NCBI GenBank assembly: GCA_015680685.1
Contig: MNCI01002315.1
Coordinates: 248,001 to 312,000 of the forward strand
DNA length: 64,000 nt
Origin: Gnetum montanum
Taxonomy: Eukaryota; Plantae; Gnetophyta
Direction: 5' to 3'
Part shown: piece by piece, positions 14,881 through 27,399 of the stretch
How the letters are laid out: each line of letters starts with the position of its first letter
Position numbering within the stretch: position 1 is the stretch's first letter
Made by a program: the position numbers and the translations under genes
Notes under the pieces: model-generated
Databases searched by the model: none
Told to the model about the DNA's origin: nothing
The model's input: the letters and a program-made list of their open reading frames with translations, nothing else

Positions 14881-15301
14881 TTATGAGTGGCGAGGTATCC
14901 CTACGCTCAACCATATGAATATGAGGGTACATGCACGATCTAATCAAATTTGAAGCACTAAGTGCTTATGTGCCTGCACAGAACCCAGACATGTTAGTCA
15001 ATCATTGTCTTCCCAAGCTTACTTGTATAACACGATTGTATGGTTAAGTAAACTTGAGGTATACGATTTTTATGTATTTTTTGTGTTTTATGTCCTACTG
15101 CTACAAAGGTAGAGGTGAACTAATTAAGTAACTAATTTCTAACTAATCCTAACACCAGCATCTATTCCCACTTTCCGTACACATCCTAAACTAGAGCAAC
15201 ACTACTAGAATTACCAAACGCTAATCGTTATTGGGTTACCAAGTGTTCCACGCATGCTTGAAGTGATCGTACTGAGTGTGCTTACCAAGGGGAGTTAACA
15301 A

Positions 15302-15339
<38 letters not shown>

Positions 15340-18300
15340 AATTAACCAAGAAAAGCATTAAATAACTATAAATAACATTAAATAAGCTATTCTAAATGCT
15401 ACAAGGTTTATCACAGAGTTCGTCTTTATTTCTAGCCACAAGGTGTGCTCAGGTACACAATGCTCGAATAAAGATCCATTTGCTTTATGACTCCTACTAT
15501 GGGCACTCAGAAATAATTCCAACTCTAAGAAGGGAAAAAGGCAAGAGTTTGGGTAAGGGACTAAGACTAACTATGCAAACCAAGCATGCTTGCCTCTTAT
15601 TTATAGGTAATGAGGTGGGTCTTGACATCGGATGCTCGATATCGCTTGGAAGGCTCTGATATCGTGGACCTGATATCACGGATGCGATATCGTAGTTCAT
15701 CATACCCCCACGACTGAATGAAAACTCATCCTTGAATTCCTTACAAAATATTGGGAAGGTATGGGATTATTAACTAAATGACAATTGATGGTGACATGGG
15801 ATGACAGACTCAAAGTGCCCAATGAACTGATCATCAAACATATTACAACATTGGTGTTCATGCCCATTGTGGTGAACACTGTACATAGATGACATTTGGG
15901 CCTTCATTCAACAGCTTGAAGAGAAAGAGAGAGAGAAAAGAAAATGAGGCACGTTGCTGCCAATGTTAGAAATATACACTCTGTTGTTTATCCATAGCCA
16001 CAGTGATCATCTTATTCCTTGCGTAATTGCTCTAGCTCCAGCTCATCCTAACTGCTCATTCTATCCTAGTCCATTGTTCATGTGATCACCATTTGCACAT
16101 ACAACACAGCCACGAATTAGCAAGGATAGATAAGATATCATGTAGTTGATACCTTGCCTTGATATGAAGCACATTGGCTAGGTTGTGGGTATGGTAGATA
16201 TTGGGTTAGAGGTTTACGACTGTTAACTATCCAAGGTGTAGGGGTAAGATAAGTATGGAATGGAAAAATTTGTGACAAGGCCCGCACAACTAAGAGTGAA
16301 CCTCTAGTAGCGATAAGATGGAGAAGTTTAAAGAACAAGAAGAATAAGAGAAATAACAATGGTGAAGCTAATAAAATAGAAACAAAAATGGATGTCATTG
16401 ATGGTGGTGAATGAGAAATAGTTGATTACGAGAAATGTTTAAGGGAAAGTGCTTAACAATTGCACCAAAAAGGAATGCCAGTGTGTCCTCCCCAAAGCAG
16501 GCTCATGCCCTTAATGCCCTGACAAACTTACAAACCAAAGAGTCCATAGGCTCTTGGAATGACATATGGGAACAATAGTTAAGAACTTACCAACAAAAGT
16601 TTACTGAAGAATAACAATGTGTCAACCAAGATATAGACTTATCATAAAATTGGCAATGAGGTGGAATATGGGAAACAATAGGGAAAGAGAGGAGAGAATG
16701 GAATGGAATCCCAAAATTAAGGTTGTGTAAAGTCCCTTATGTAGTATGTGGTTAAGGTGACTTAATACAATTCAACCCAAATCCAAATTCGAACTATCCA
16801 CATCAAGTGACCTCACATCAACACATTTGACCAACCCACCCTCTTGAAGCAACAAGAATGTGTCCATTGAATCACCACCATTCCAAGGAGAGAAAGATAG
16901 AGTAGTAGGAAGCAGGAAAAGGCCTTAGTTAAAGGAAACCTTTAGGCATGGGTAACATGTCTTTCCAGTGCCATAACCAGTTCTTGTAGCCCATATTTCA
17001 TTATTATGTCTAAGGGGTGTGCTTTGAATTTCCACCAATTTTTTTATTTTTTTATTTTGCATGAGAACCACACCATCCAAAGACTTATTTAGATTCATTC
17101 AAGTTCCTGATATTTAGTCAATAGTGGAATGGCAGGAGACTTATGAAAAACATCCAAGTACCCAAGAGAATAGCCAACACAAGTGTGTCAAATCCCCTTG
17201 AAGTCACACCCTTTTCAATCCATTTGAATCTTTTCTTGGTTTGAAAAGTACTAAGACACCAATTCATTAATAAGTTTTCTTAGAAAAAGGGACAGTACAC
17301 TTCCAACAAAGGGAGACCATGGAGTTGAACAGATGAATGGATGACGTGGACTCATTGCCTGTTTTATTAAAAGAAACCATATCTTAGTATTAACATTGAA
17401 AATCAAAGGTAAAAAACCAAACATTAACAATCAACACCATTATAATACAATCCACCATCATGAGCACTTATTGTATGACGAATGAAAGTAAATCAAACAA
17501 ACAAAAAAATAGTAAAAATGGTAATGATGGTGTAAGACAAAAAATAAGTAGATATGAAAAAATGTGTAAAACAAAAATACAAAAAGAGCCGAGGGCTTAG
17601 AATGGTTAGCATTGGTGGCCCTCTTCCCCACGATTGAGTTGGGAGGAGGAGATCCAAAATAGTGAATAGGGTTGTCCACCAACAAAGGTAGTATTGGTGT
17701 TAGCTATGCTAGGCTAATGGAAAGGTTTGGTTTGTTTGATGTTGACCAACGATTTCTTATTCGAGCTGTCAGGTTTGTAAATCACCATGGCTCCTAAAGG
17801 AAAATTTACATGAATAATATAAGGTCCTCCCACAACGTTTGAAATTTAGTGTGTTGTGGCACATGTGTGGAATTCCAATAAAGAACCTTATCTCCTGGTT
17901 GGTATTTAACTTTTCTAATTTTCAGGTCATGACGTCATTTATTAAGGGCCTTGTGCAATTCATTAGATGACAGGGCAACTAATAAGTTTTCATTTAGCAG
18001 GTTAAGGTTCATTAACTGCTCTTTTTGTGCTAGGTTAAGGTCAAGGTTGAGGTCACATGTTGTAGATAATGTACGGAGTTTTGCTTGAATAGGAAGTGTT
18101 GGAAGTTTACTGTACATTAACTCATAGGGAGAGTAGCCTATAGAGAGTTTCCACGTGGAGCGATATGCCCACAGAGCATTGTTCAGCTTGGTGCTCCAAT
18201 CTTGCCTATACTTGCAAATGGTTCGCATTAATATTTTTGTAATCTCCCTATTGGTGACTTTGGCTTGACCATTCGCTTGAGGATGATAAGGTGTAGTCAG

Positions 18301-18420
18301 CTTATGTTCCACTCCTAAGCGTTGCATCAATTTTCAAAAAGTTGCACCTGTGAAGTGTATACCATTGTCAAAAATAAGTGCACAAGGCACACCAAACCTA
18401 TTTATGATTTGTTTTTGAAC
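14881..18420 (-). mobile_element. 3' part of Athila-like element: 3' LTR 14881-15702, PPT 15703-15715, integrase ~17700-18420
   Basis: LTR homologous to 1342-2231; PPT matches the one before 41019; integrase core HKLTTPYHPQANGQAKVTNREI...DWSTKLNNALWAYR (ORF 17935-18330). Confidence 0.88.
15305..15336. repeat. (GA)n microsatellite inside LTR
   Basis: About 15 GA units. Confidence 0.95.
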
Positions 18421-18580
18421 ATTCCCCGATAGTTGGCATTCCCCGATGGCTGGCATTCCCCGACTATTGGCATTCCTTGATTGTTAGCATTTGTTGATAA
18501 TTGGCATTCCCAAGTGGTTGGCATTCCTTGGACGTGAGCATTTTTAAGCACTTGGCATTTGGCATTTTGGCATCTTGGCA
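18421..18580 (+). repeat. Tandem array of ~16-17 bp TTGGCATTCCCCGA units
   Basis: About 8-10 degenerating units visible directly. Confidence 0.85.
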
Positions 18581-19387
18581 CTTAGCTCTATGGGCGAACA
18601 AGACCCAGAGCACACCACACTAGCAGAGAGGTAGAGTTGCACATCATGGCCCACTACAGCCCCATTGTAGCCCTACAAAACACTGCACGGTACACCGTGG
18701 TGGCCAACTTGGCAAGCATGGTTCATTACAGCGATCGCCAGACTTCACAGCCTAACACCACTGAGATTGTGACTGTTCTTCCACTGCGCCTGTTGTATAC
18801 TGTGTACCTTCTGAGACCTTTTTAGAGTTAACTACGCTCCCATTTGGGGTAGTGTTCCATTTCTCTCTCATGTTTCTAGCATTTTCTTGCATTTTTTCTT
18901 TCATCTTTCTACACTTTTTTCATGCATCATCATGCTATACTATGTATTGTTTGCATTTGCATTTCGGCTAACCATGCCACCCCTTGGTTGTACCCATTGC
19001 CCCGTTGCAATTGGCAAATTCCTATTTGATCAATAAGACCGTTTAGGGCACTCTGCCTCCATTTCTAGCAAGGTGTTGTGTGGAGGAGGGGTTAAGGTGA
19101 TGCACCCATTGATCCCTTGATGATTCTAGCCACCAACATTTTCGATCATTATAGTTTTTTGACGCTAGAAGGAGGGCCTTGCCATTTCCTTCTGCATTTT
19201 TTGATTATTGTCCCGCGTGCTCTTTCCACCATCGGTTGGTGTAGATTGGTCCTAGTTGTCAGTTCCCCTAGAACCCTGCAAGACAAAAGCCCAAACGTAT
19301 CCATTACATTCAAAACTCTGGATGCTCTGGAGAGTGTAACAAGTTCTCAAAGCATAGTAGCCTCTAGTGTAGCGAGCGTAGCACCAA

Positions 19388-19660
19388 AGTTAGCCATTTT
19401 CAGTAGTTTCCATAATTAGCATTTTTTTTTTTTTTGCATTTTCAAAGTTAGCATTTTTTCTGCATTTTCATACTTAGCCAAATTTTTGCAGTTTCATACT
19501 TAGCCAAATTTTTTACAGTTTTACACTTAGTCAATTTTTTGTAGTTTTCACACTTAGCCATTTTTTTTTGCATTTTTGTACTTAGTCATTTTTCTGCTAT
19601 TAGAAAACTTAATCATTTTTCTACAGTTTTCAAAGTTAGCCATTTTTTGCAAATAGCAAC
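19388..19660 (+). repeat. Tandem array of ~25-30 bp units (TTAGCCA-Tn-GCAGTTTCAYAC)
   Basis: About 9-10 units upstream of the gag region, as is common in the 5' UTR of Tat/Ogre elements. Confidence 0.8.
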
Positions 19661-19675
19661 TCTCACAACCTGATC

Positions 19676-22130
19676 TATGAACATGAATCTAGATCAACCT
19701 TCCACATCAGTGTCTAACACATTTGACACCACAATCCACCTAAAGCGTGCTACACTAAGCCACAAACAATACAATTTTTTTTGTGCTAAAATGCAAGCAG
19801 GATTACAAGTGGATCACCTCAACCTATAGGAAAAACAAGATTACGAATGAGTCCATCGAGATGGATGGGAGTACAACCCATCCTTGTTCGGCATAATTCC
19901 ACTCACAGAGTCCTTCCACCAGCTATTGTCCCAACTCATTCATGCAAACAAGCATGATGTAGGGAAAACCTACAAGGAAGCCTCAAGGGAGGAAGAAGAT
20001 GATTTCAAGGCCCACTTCAAATGTGAGAGCCCCTTCTACACTATCTTCTAACAACTACTCCCCAGTACGGCCCCTCCTTAGTTCAATTCACCTAAGATGG
20101 TGACCATGCCAATTTGACCTTTCTTGCAAGCAACCATTGCATTTGCCCAACCTTATGCTCATGTAGGGGCCACCTCCTAGCCTCAGACGATTCAGGAATC
20201 CTACATCCCGCTTGTCTCATCGATGCCCATAGTGTTCGTCCAAGCCACTTATGTGTGGCCTACTTTAGTCCCGACGTCCATTGCTCAACCAACACATTAA
20301 CTAAACCTATCCACTATGACATTGAATTAGCAATGACTGTCTACTATGACATTAAACTGGCAACGATCGTCTGCTACAATGTTAAACTGGCAAACTTCGC
20401 AACCAACAATCCAATCCTATGCTATGCAACCAACACAGGCCCAACCAATGCAACTGGCTGGCACATCCCCAAGCTTGGATTAGGAATTCCAACTAATCCA
20501 AAGTTTGATGAAGGAGATCAACCAAATCAAAGCTGCCTCCTTCGAAACCATCAAAGTGGTGGACTTCTATTGGGACAATCCCATAAGTCCTACAGTCCCA
20601 TCTTTGACTCTCCCAATTGGGGTCCAGTTGCCTCAACTCACTAAGTACAATGGTGAAGACCCCAACACACACTTGGTCACATTCCGATTTGAGTGCCTAC
20701 TCCTTCAAGCCTGGCCACACGCCATCATGTGCATGTTCCCCATGTCACTTACTAGCAAGGCCTTAGATTGGTATCGTGCACTACCTAAGGCCTCAATCTC
20801 TTTTTTGGAAGATCTCATAAGCTAGTTTGTGACATGCTTCAGGTACAACCTAAAGCCTGATGTAACCCTCAACTAGCTCATGCAAGTCAAGCAAGGGCCC
20901 CTAGAGCTTGTGCCAAAATTTCTCCAATGCTATAATGTCGCATTGAGTGAAATGCGTGAACCCCTAGCAAAGATGCACCTACTAGACATATTCAAGGATG
21001 CAATGAATGACTTCATCAAGTCCAAACTGTATTACTTGGCCTCAAAGTCTCTCAGCCAAACCTTTGCCCAAACAAAGGGCATAGAGGAGGTAATGCAAGC
21101 CAACAATGACCCAACCTATGTGGCCTATAGAAACCAACATGTGCATAAGTAAAACGTAATAGTGGAAATAATGGTCGCAACCACAAAAGCAACCAACTGG
21201 GGCCCAACAACTAAGTAGCCCAAGGCCCCAACTCACAAAGCCACTAACTCTAGCACCAACTCACCTACATTGGCAGGGGCTACCCCAAGGCCCAACTTTG
21301 AGCGCAAAGATTGTTCAAAGTATACACTGCTATCGATGGAACCCTCTAAACTACTAGAGAAACTCTTGAAAGCTAGGCGAATCCAACACAAACACATATC
21401 AGAGATTGCCTATCAAAAACATGACAAGTACTACGAACTACTAAGGAACCCCACCTCAGCAGTACCGAACAAGCCCCTAGTCCAACAACATTTCCAATTG
21501 GACCAATACTATCATTACCACTAGCTATTTGGTCATAGTACAAACAACCATCATGCTTTGCAGGATGACCTGCAAAGAATGATAGAATGGGGCCAACTGG
21601 TGCTTGACATAGCAAGCCAATCCAACGCAGACGATGCCACCTATGTCATAAACTCCATTAGCATAGGTGGCAAGTCCAAACCCATGCAACAACCTTTTGT
21701 GATCTACGTGCCTCCTAGCAAGGCAAGGATTCCCTTAGCCTCCATAAGCAAGAGGTCCCCATTTGTTATCAAAGTGCCACCTTAGGCATTCACAATACCC
21801 TTTGTGGTCAAGGTCTCACAACAATAATCTACTAAGACATTAAACTGGCATGACACAGCAACAACAACTACTAAGCAACCTTTCGTCATCAAGGTGCCAC
21901 AATAAGTTGGCCCTGCAACAACTCCTAAACCATCGTTTATCATAAGGGTGCCACAACGTGATGGCCCCTCACCTACCTAACATCTAACAGTGGGCAACGT
22001 CTCGGTCCCTCCTCCTTTAAGGGCCAACCCCACTAGCAACCCAAGTAGGCCTACCAAATGGTAATGCAAGAGGATGAACAAGTGCCTTGCAACCTCCATG
22101 GTCGAAGCAAAGGCCATAACCTCAATGCAG
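19676..22130 (+). mobile_element. Degenerate gag of Tat/Ogre-like Ty3/gypsy element, truncated
   Basis: LPQLTKYNGEDPNTHL...MFPMSLTSKALDWYRALPKASI, VKQGPLE, YYHYH*LFGHSTNNH knuckle-like motif; Pro/Gln-rich N-terminal part. Confidence 0.8.
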
Positions 22131-22134
22131 GGTT

Positions 22135-22930
22135 TGATCCATTAACGTGTACCCATTGATGGGGCACCCTGTTTTGCCTATAAATGTGCACCTACTCATT
22201 ACATTTATGGCATAAGTTTTCATAGTTGTAGCAAAGCACTTGCAGTTTTTGCATTTGAAAGTTAGAATATTTGTTGAGTGCCCACAGTAGGAGTCAAAGA
22301 GTGTATGGATCTTTATTCGAGCACTGTTGCACTTGAGCACTTCAGTGTGCATAGTAATAAACATGAACTTTTCTGATAAACCTTGTAGCACTTGGACTAG
22401 ATTAATTGATTTGCTTATGCAATTAATATTCAAGTAATTTCCTTTAATGTTTTTGAGTAATTAAGTGATTAATTAAATATAGATTAAATAATAGCACATA
22501 AGTACGACCACTTTGAGCATACGTCTAACACATGGTAATCCTAGTAATGCTTAATGTTTGGTAACCCAGTAGCGTCGTACGTGTTTAGGATGTGTATAGC
22601 AAGTGGGAACATATGCTTATGTTAGGATTATTTAAGTATTAGTTAGTTTTTAGATTAATGTAGCCATTAAATTACTTTATTCTTTATTCTTGATTCTTGG
22701 GTAACTAAATCCATACAAGTGAAAATGATAAAAATCATATACCTCAATTACACTTAACCATACCCTTGAACTTTACAAGTGGAACTAGGAAGACAATGAT
22801 TACAATAGTTAGTTTCACCTCCTAGAAGCTAGTGTACTTAGAGAGCTAAAGTTTACAGAATTTGACTAGATTGCTGAGTGAATGCTAATGATTTGTATGG
22901 TTGGGCGTAGGGTATACTTGCTACTCATCA
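22135..22930 (+). mobile_element. 5'-truncated LTR of family X
   Basis: gcctataaat TATA box, homology to 41019-41883, ends ...CTCATCA at 22930. Confidence 0.75.
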
Positions 22931-22989
22931 CTTAGTAGGATCTACATCATTTGTGGAAGAAACTTTAGTAGTATTTGTAGTAGTTTAAT

Positions 22990-23560
22990 TTTGATGTGCT
23001 TACATAGTCTTTTTTCATAACATAAAAGGAAATGAGTCAAACATATGATCCTCTCGATGACGATAGTAACATGACTTTGTAAGCTTGCAATAAACAACCT
23101 TATGTACATAATCAATTCCACGAGCACGTAGAAGAATTTTTTGCTTAAGTGAATTAAATTCTACTTCAATCATATATCGAATTCTATGAAACCCACTAAC
23201 TGTAGTTAGGGTTTCAAAATGCTTGATTGGCCCAATCCAAGAGATAATATTCCTTTGAACTTTTTTAAAAATCAATGGAAGATTCAACAATTCAACAAAA
23301 CAAGGAACCCTTCAAAATTCAGGAGATGTTGGATTAAAAGAAGAAGTTCACTTTCGAATAATTAATAAAACATAATGATGATTGAAAATACTAATATCAA
23401 GGACCTTAGAAATCATCGTTGAATTAACAAATTCTACCAACAAAAATGAGGTTGACAGATAATGTGCATGGATAATATCCAAACTCAATCTTTTCAAACC
23501 AAATTTAAATAACTCAAAAAACTTGAAGAATGAGATAAATAATTTAGAATTTGCATAAAA
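22990..23560 (-). mobile_element. L1 LINE ORF1 remnant (DUF4283 plus degenerate zinc knuckle)
   Basis: FLLVEF...KVLD...IIRK*TSSFNP...RVPCFVELLNLPL...RIRYMIEVEF...KVVYCKLTKSCYYRHREDH. Confidence 0.7.
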
Positions 23561-23981
23561 ATGTACCTTCCAAACATTTCTTAAGCAATAGATTCGTATA
23601 AATCATTAGGTAAATCATAGAATAATAAAGAAGTAATGGATTTGCTTGAAGGATTACCTATTAAATTAGGCGACATTGCATGTAGTTCTAAATAAACTTA
23701 CTATAGAAATATTAGGTCCATTGAAAAAAATTAGATTTGTTGGAGAAATATCAAGATTGTTGAAAAAACTTAAGATCTTGACTCTACAAAGTAATACAAA
23801 TATTTTTAAAAGCTTCTATTTTCTTTGGTTTCCTTATTAGCATTTGATTATTCTTATTGTTGATAGTAACTTGATTTATTCCAAATAAACTTCATATTAT
23901 TTTTCCTATCATTAATTTTAACACATTTTTCTTTTCTTAGCATATTTTTTCTTGACTAGAAAAGAACGAGCATTAAATAAA

Positions 23982-24761
23982 TGATGTGTAGTGTAGTTAC
24001 CCTGCATCGAACCATATAAATCACAAGCATTCATGCACGATTCGATTGAATTACGTGGACTAGGACTAGTTAGATGCCTTAGATAGCCAAGTGCTAAGAG
24101 GCTAATTATTGTCTTCCTATTCACACTTGTGTGGCTTAAGTTGTATGGTTAAGTGTGACCCAGGCATATGATTGTATTTTTTCTTATTAAAATATTATCC
24201 TAATTAATCTAAGTACATAAAAAGGATTTAATCTAGCCTAAGCATGGTGTATCTATTTTTGATTTATCACACACATCTTGAATGTGTACTAACACTACTA
24301 GGTTATCAAGTGTTTCATTGTTAGGTACACCAAGTGATCCATGGATTACTAAGTGTTGGTGTTCATGGTCAAAATCGATTGTACTCATGCTATTACACTA
24401 AGTGCGATCAAATAAAATATTTAAGTGATTGTATGAAAAGTAAAGAAACAATTAAAGTAAATGGTAAAAAATGAAATCAAAGTGCTAGGCTAAGTATTGC
24501 AATGAATAGAATAAATCTCAATTCCATTTCTATCATGCAAGTGTGTTTAGGTATAATAGGCACTTGAGTAAAACTCCATAGAATCTATTCAATTCACATA
24601 GTGGGCACTTGGTGAGAAAATTGCAAGAGTCTAGCTACGGAATGATCAAAAGGTGCCATAAATATGGTAGGTCTACACATTTATATAGGTGTTTACGCAA
24701 ATTGTGTCAATGTTGATGTGTACAACATCAACACCAATGCACACCAAAACACTTCTCATCA
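23982..24761 (-). mobile_element. Solo LTR of family X, ~0.8 kb upstream of the transporter gene
   Basis: TGATG...TCATCA termini, homology to 1342-2231 and 14881-15702; target-site duplication not clean. Confidence 0.7.
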
Positions 24762-25562
24762 CAAACTATGCAATACAAATAGTATTGAAAATAAATACTA
24801 CCTTTTCTTGAAATGTCATGCATTGGAGTACATTAAATATAGATGAAATATTAGAATGTTGATTTATTCCAAATGTTAATAAAAAACACTCAAAGATAAT
24901 TTTCTTGAGAGTGTTTTAAAAACTTAGGTAACAGATATATTTCTATCCTGCAAACAACATGATAATTTTCTTAATTGTGTTTTAAAAATTATATATTGTG
25001 CAAAAAAACTGAATAAAATTTCAGTTTCACAACGGAACAGCAAATTTTATATCCAAAAGAGGTTAGGAGAGCCTGGCTTAAAATATTAGTATCGGTAAAT
25101 GGTGTTAAGACGCACAGAGGGTCAATATCCAGACTCTTTCCCTACCATCTTAAAAAACGGTGGAACTGAAATCACGTTTTCAATTCTGGCATGCTCACGC
25201 TTGCTGCACTGCAGTAATGTCCAGATAAAACACGAAAAACATCATCATTTTGGTAACCAAACAAACACATTCGTCGGGCCTGCGCACCTGATTCAAGCAA
25301 TGAAATGAAATTGCTCAGGAAAGAAAGCGCGTTATTCCTGAATTTTAAATCAATAGCTGTTTGAAAATCACATCAACGAAAACGACACCAGCAGAAGAAG
25401 CAACCTCCTCTTCGTAAACGGTGCCGCGATCTGGATACAAAACTGTAACAGGATATGCAGAGCTACCCTTGATGCTTGAATCCGAGAACGAATACGGCGA
25501 ATAGGAAGAAGGAAGATCATTCAGGATGGAATCAGACGCAGACGCAGCCGCAGCCACGGGCG

Positions 25563-25908
25563 ATGGCGCATCAGCATCAATTTCTGCATTAAGCAGAAGA
25601 AGAAGCAGCAGCAGCAGCAGAAGTTTCTGTTTCTGGTGCAACTCTGCACAAAGAGCCTTCCTTCTCGTGATGGTGCCTTCTTGACGACGATTCCGCTGGT
25701 GCGCGATCGGATTTTGCGAAGGCGATGGCAACGGCAATGGCGTGGAGCTGCGCGCGTGGCCAGAGTCAGCGGTCCTGCATATGAACAAAGGAGGACCTGC
25801 CGACGACGACGACGACGACGACGCAACCCTGGCCTCCATCGCGCGTCTGCTGATTCGTCCTCTGATTTACATTTTGTTATGGTTCACCTTAAGTACGTGT
25901 TTGACGCT
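25563..25908 (+). CDS. Exon 1 (disrupted; open only from ATG 25781)
   Basis: MAHQHQFLH*AEEE...LHKEPSFS*WC, frameshift near 25712, then ...MNKGGPADDDDDDDATLASIARLLIRPLIYILLWFTLSTCLT; donor GTAACT at 25909. Confidence 0.75.
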
Positions 25909-26035
25909 GTAACTGCTGCAACTTTCTGCCCTAATTTCGTCGCAGCACTTTTATTTGATCCGTGTATTTGTGCTTTGTTTTCGCGGTATCGTACTTTTTC
26001 CTGGTGCATTTGACATTTAAGTTTGTGTTTTTCAG

Positions 26036-26232
26036 GTACAATAAGTTGTTGCTGGGAGCACATATGGGGAATTATAGCTTGTTAGGGGAGCAGATGGGAA
26101 AGTTTCCTGCACCTCTGCTGATGATCTCCATTCACTTTTCCATGCAAGGCATTATCTCCAGATTAATTCTGCAGTTTTGTTATCCGGATTTGCGGCCTCA
26201 GCACATGACGTGGAGAGATTACTTCGCTAGGG
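26036..26232 (+). CDS. Exon 2
   Basis: tttcAG/GTAAGA boundaries; YNKLLLG...GKFPAPLLMISIHFSMQ...MTWRDYFAR. Confidence 0.92.
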
Positions 26233-26701
26233 GTAAGATCATGTTATTTGGGTTGTTTAAGACTCTCATTTCTTTTTTGCTTTCCCAAGTCATCCTTCTT
26301 CAATGAACAAAATACATAAGATAACAAGGAACTTGCTTAGATATTTGGAAACCCCGACTGGCTACCCACATAATTCGATATCTTGAACATGAAGCAGTTT
26401 CAATGAATGAAAACAGTGGGAAAATTGCAAATTCCGTTCTGTGGTAAAATATGCCAAGGTATTTGAGATCAGATCACTAACCCCTGGTTCTCGTATGCCT
26501 TTTTTGGTGAAATTTAAAAAAAATAAAAAAAATTCGTCCATTTTGTTTCAGCATAGAATTCCTTTTAATATTTTCTTTAATTGTAGCGTTAGCATTTCAA
26601 AACATCATAAGCAAGCAATTTCTTCTCGATAAGTATGTTATGATTTTGTAGTCCTCGGTTTTCATCTGTTTAAGCTACCAGCATGAACCAATGTAACTTG
26701 A

Positions 26702-26957
26702 ACTGTAATATGGTGGTACATAGTAGGAGCATTTTCTGGTTGCAGTATCTGGTAATTCACCGACACAGTTGCCTTGGCAGAAACAGAAATCCACATCAGT
26801 TTTAAAATGCTCGCTATTTTTAAAATTTACACTATAATATGGTGATACATGGTAGGAGCATTTTCAGGTTGCAGTATCTGGGAATTCACCCACAGAGTTG
26901 CGTTGGAAAAAATAGAAATCCACGAATTTTAAAATGTAGGCTATTTTTAAAATTTAT
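26702..26957 (+). repeat. Diverged ~128-bp tandem duplication in intron 2
   Basis: 26702-26830 vs 26831-26957, both 'taatatggt...ggagcatttt...gttgcagtatctgg...gaaatccac...gctatttttaaaattta'. Confidence 0.9.
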
Positions 26958-27399
26958 TGTTTGGAACAAGTTGAAATAGTATAGGAACTTGAACAAATAT
27001 TATACTTTAACAGCATTTGGATGTTTCTCTTTATTCTATTGCATTTTGAAATCATTATATATGTATGAAAAAGACATTTGAGAGTTTCATTGCTTCATTG
27101 ATGGTACTTTCACTGCTTTAGTGAGAATAACAATAGATAGCTTTGTTGCTTTGGCCATTTATATTGTGCCGATGCTTTAAAACCAGCGATAAATGACTTT
27201 GCCTTGTAAATTTAAGATGCAAGAAATAAGCACGTAACTAAAAGTCCCAGTTGAGCAGCAGAAAACTATAAAAGTTAACATATCCTTATCCAACAATGGG
27301 ATGTAATCTTTAAATGGACAAATGAACAGAACATAGTGTAAAAGAAGTTAAAATATTTTGATGACATATTAGCGCATACATGAATTTGAAAAATTTTCT

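Noticed and set aside
18421-19660. Short-unit arrays that superficially resemble CRISPR
   Set aside because: No unique spacers, degenerate head-to-tail units, retroelement context, no cas genes
23640-23810. LRR-like string LKKLKILTLQSN on the + strand
   Set aside because: Single unit in an AT-rich region antisense to or adjoining a LINE ORF1 relic; likely chance
25345-25839. 164-aa antisense ORF, and overlapping poly-Arg ORFs, over exon 1
   Set aside because: Explained by the GC-rich exon with (GCA)n and (GAC)n triplet repeats; low complexity, no recognisable domain
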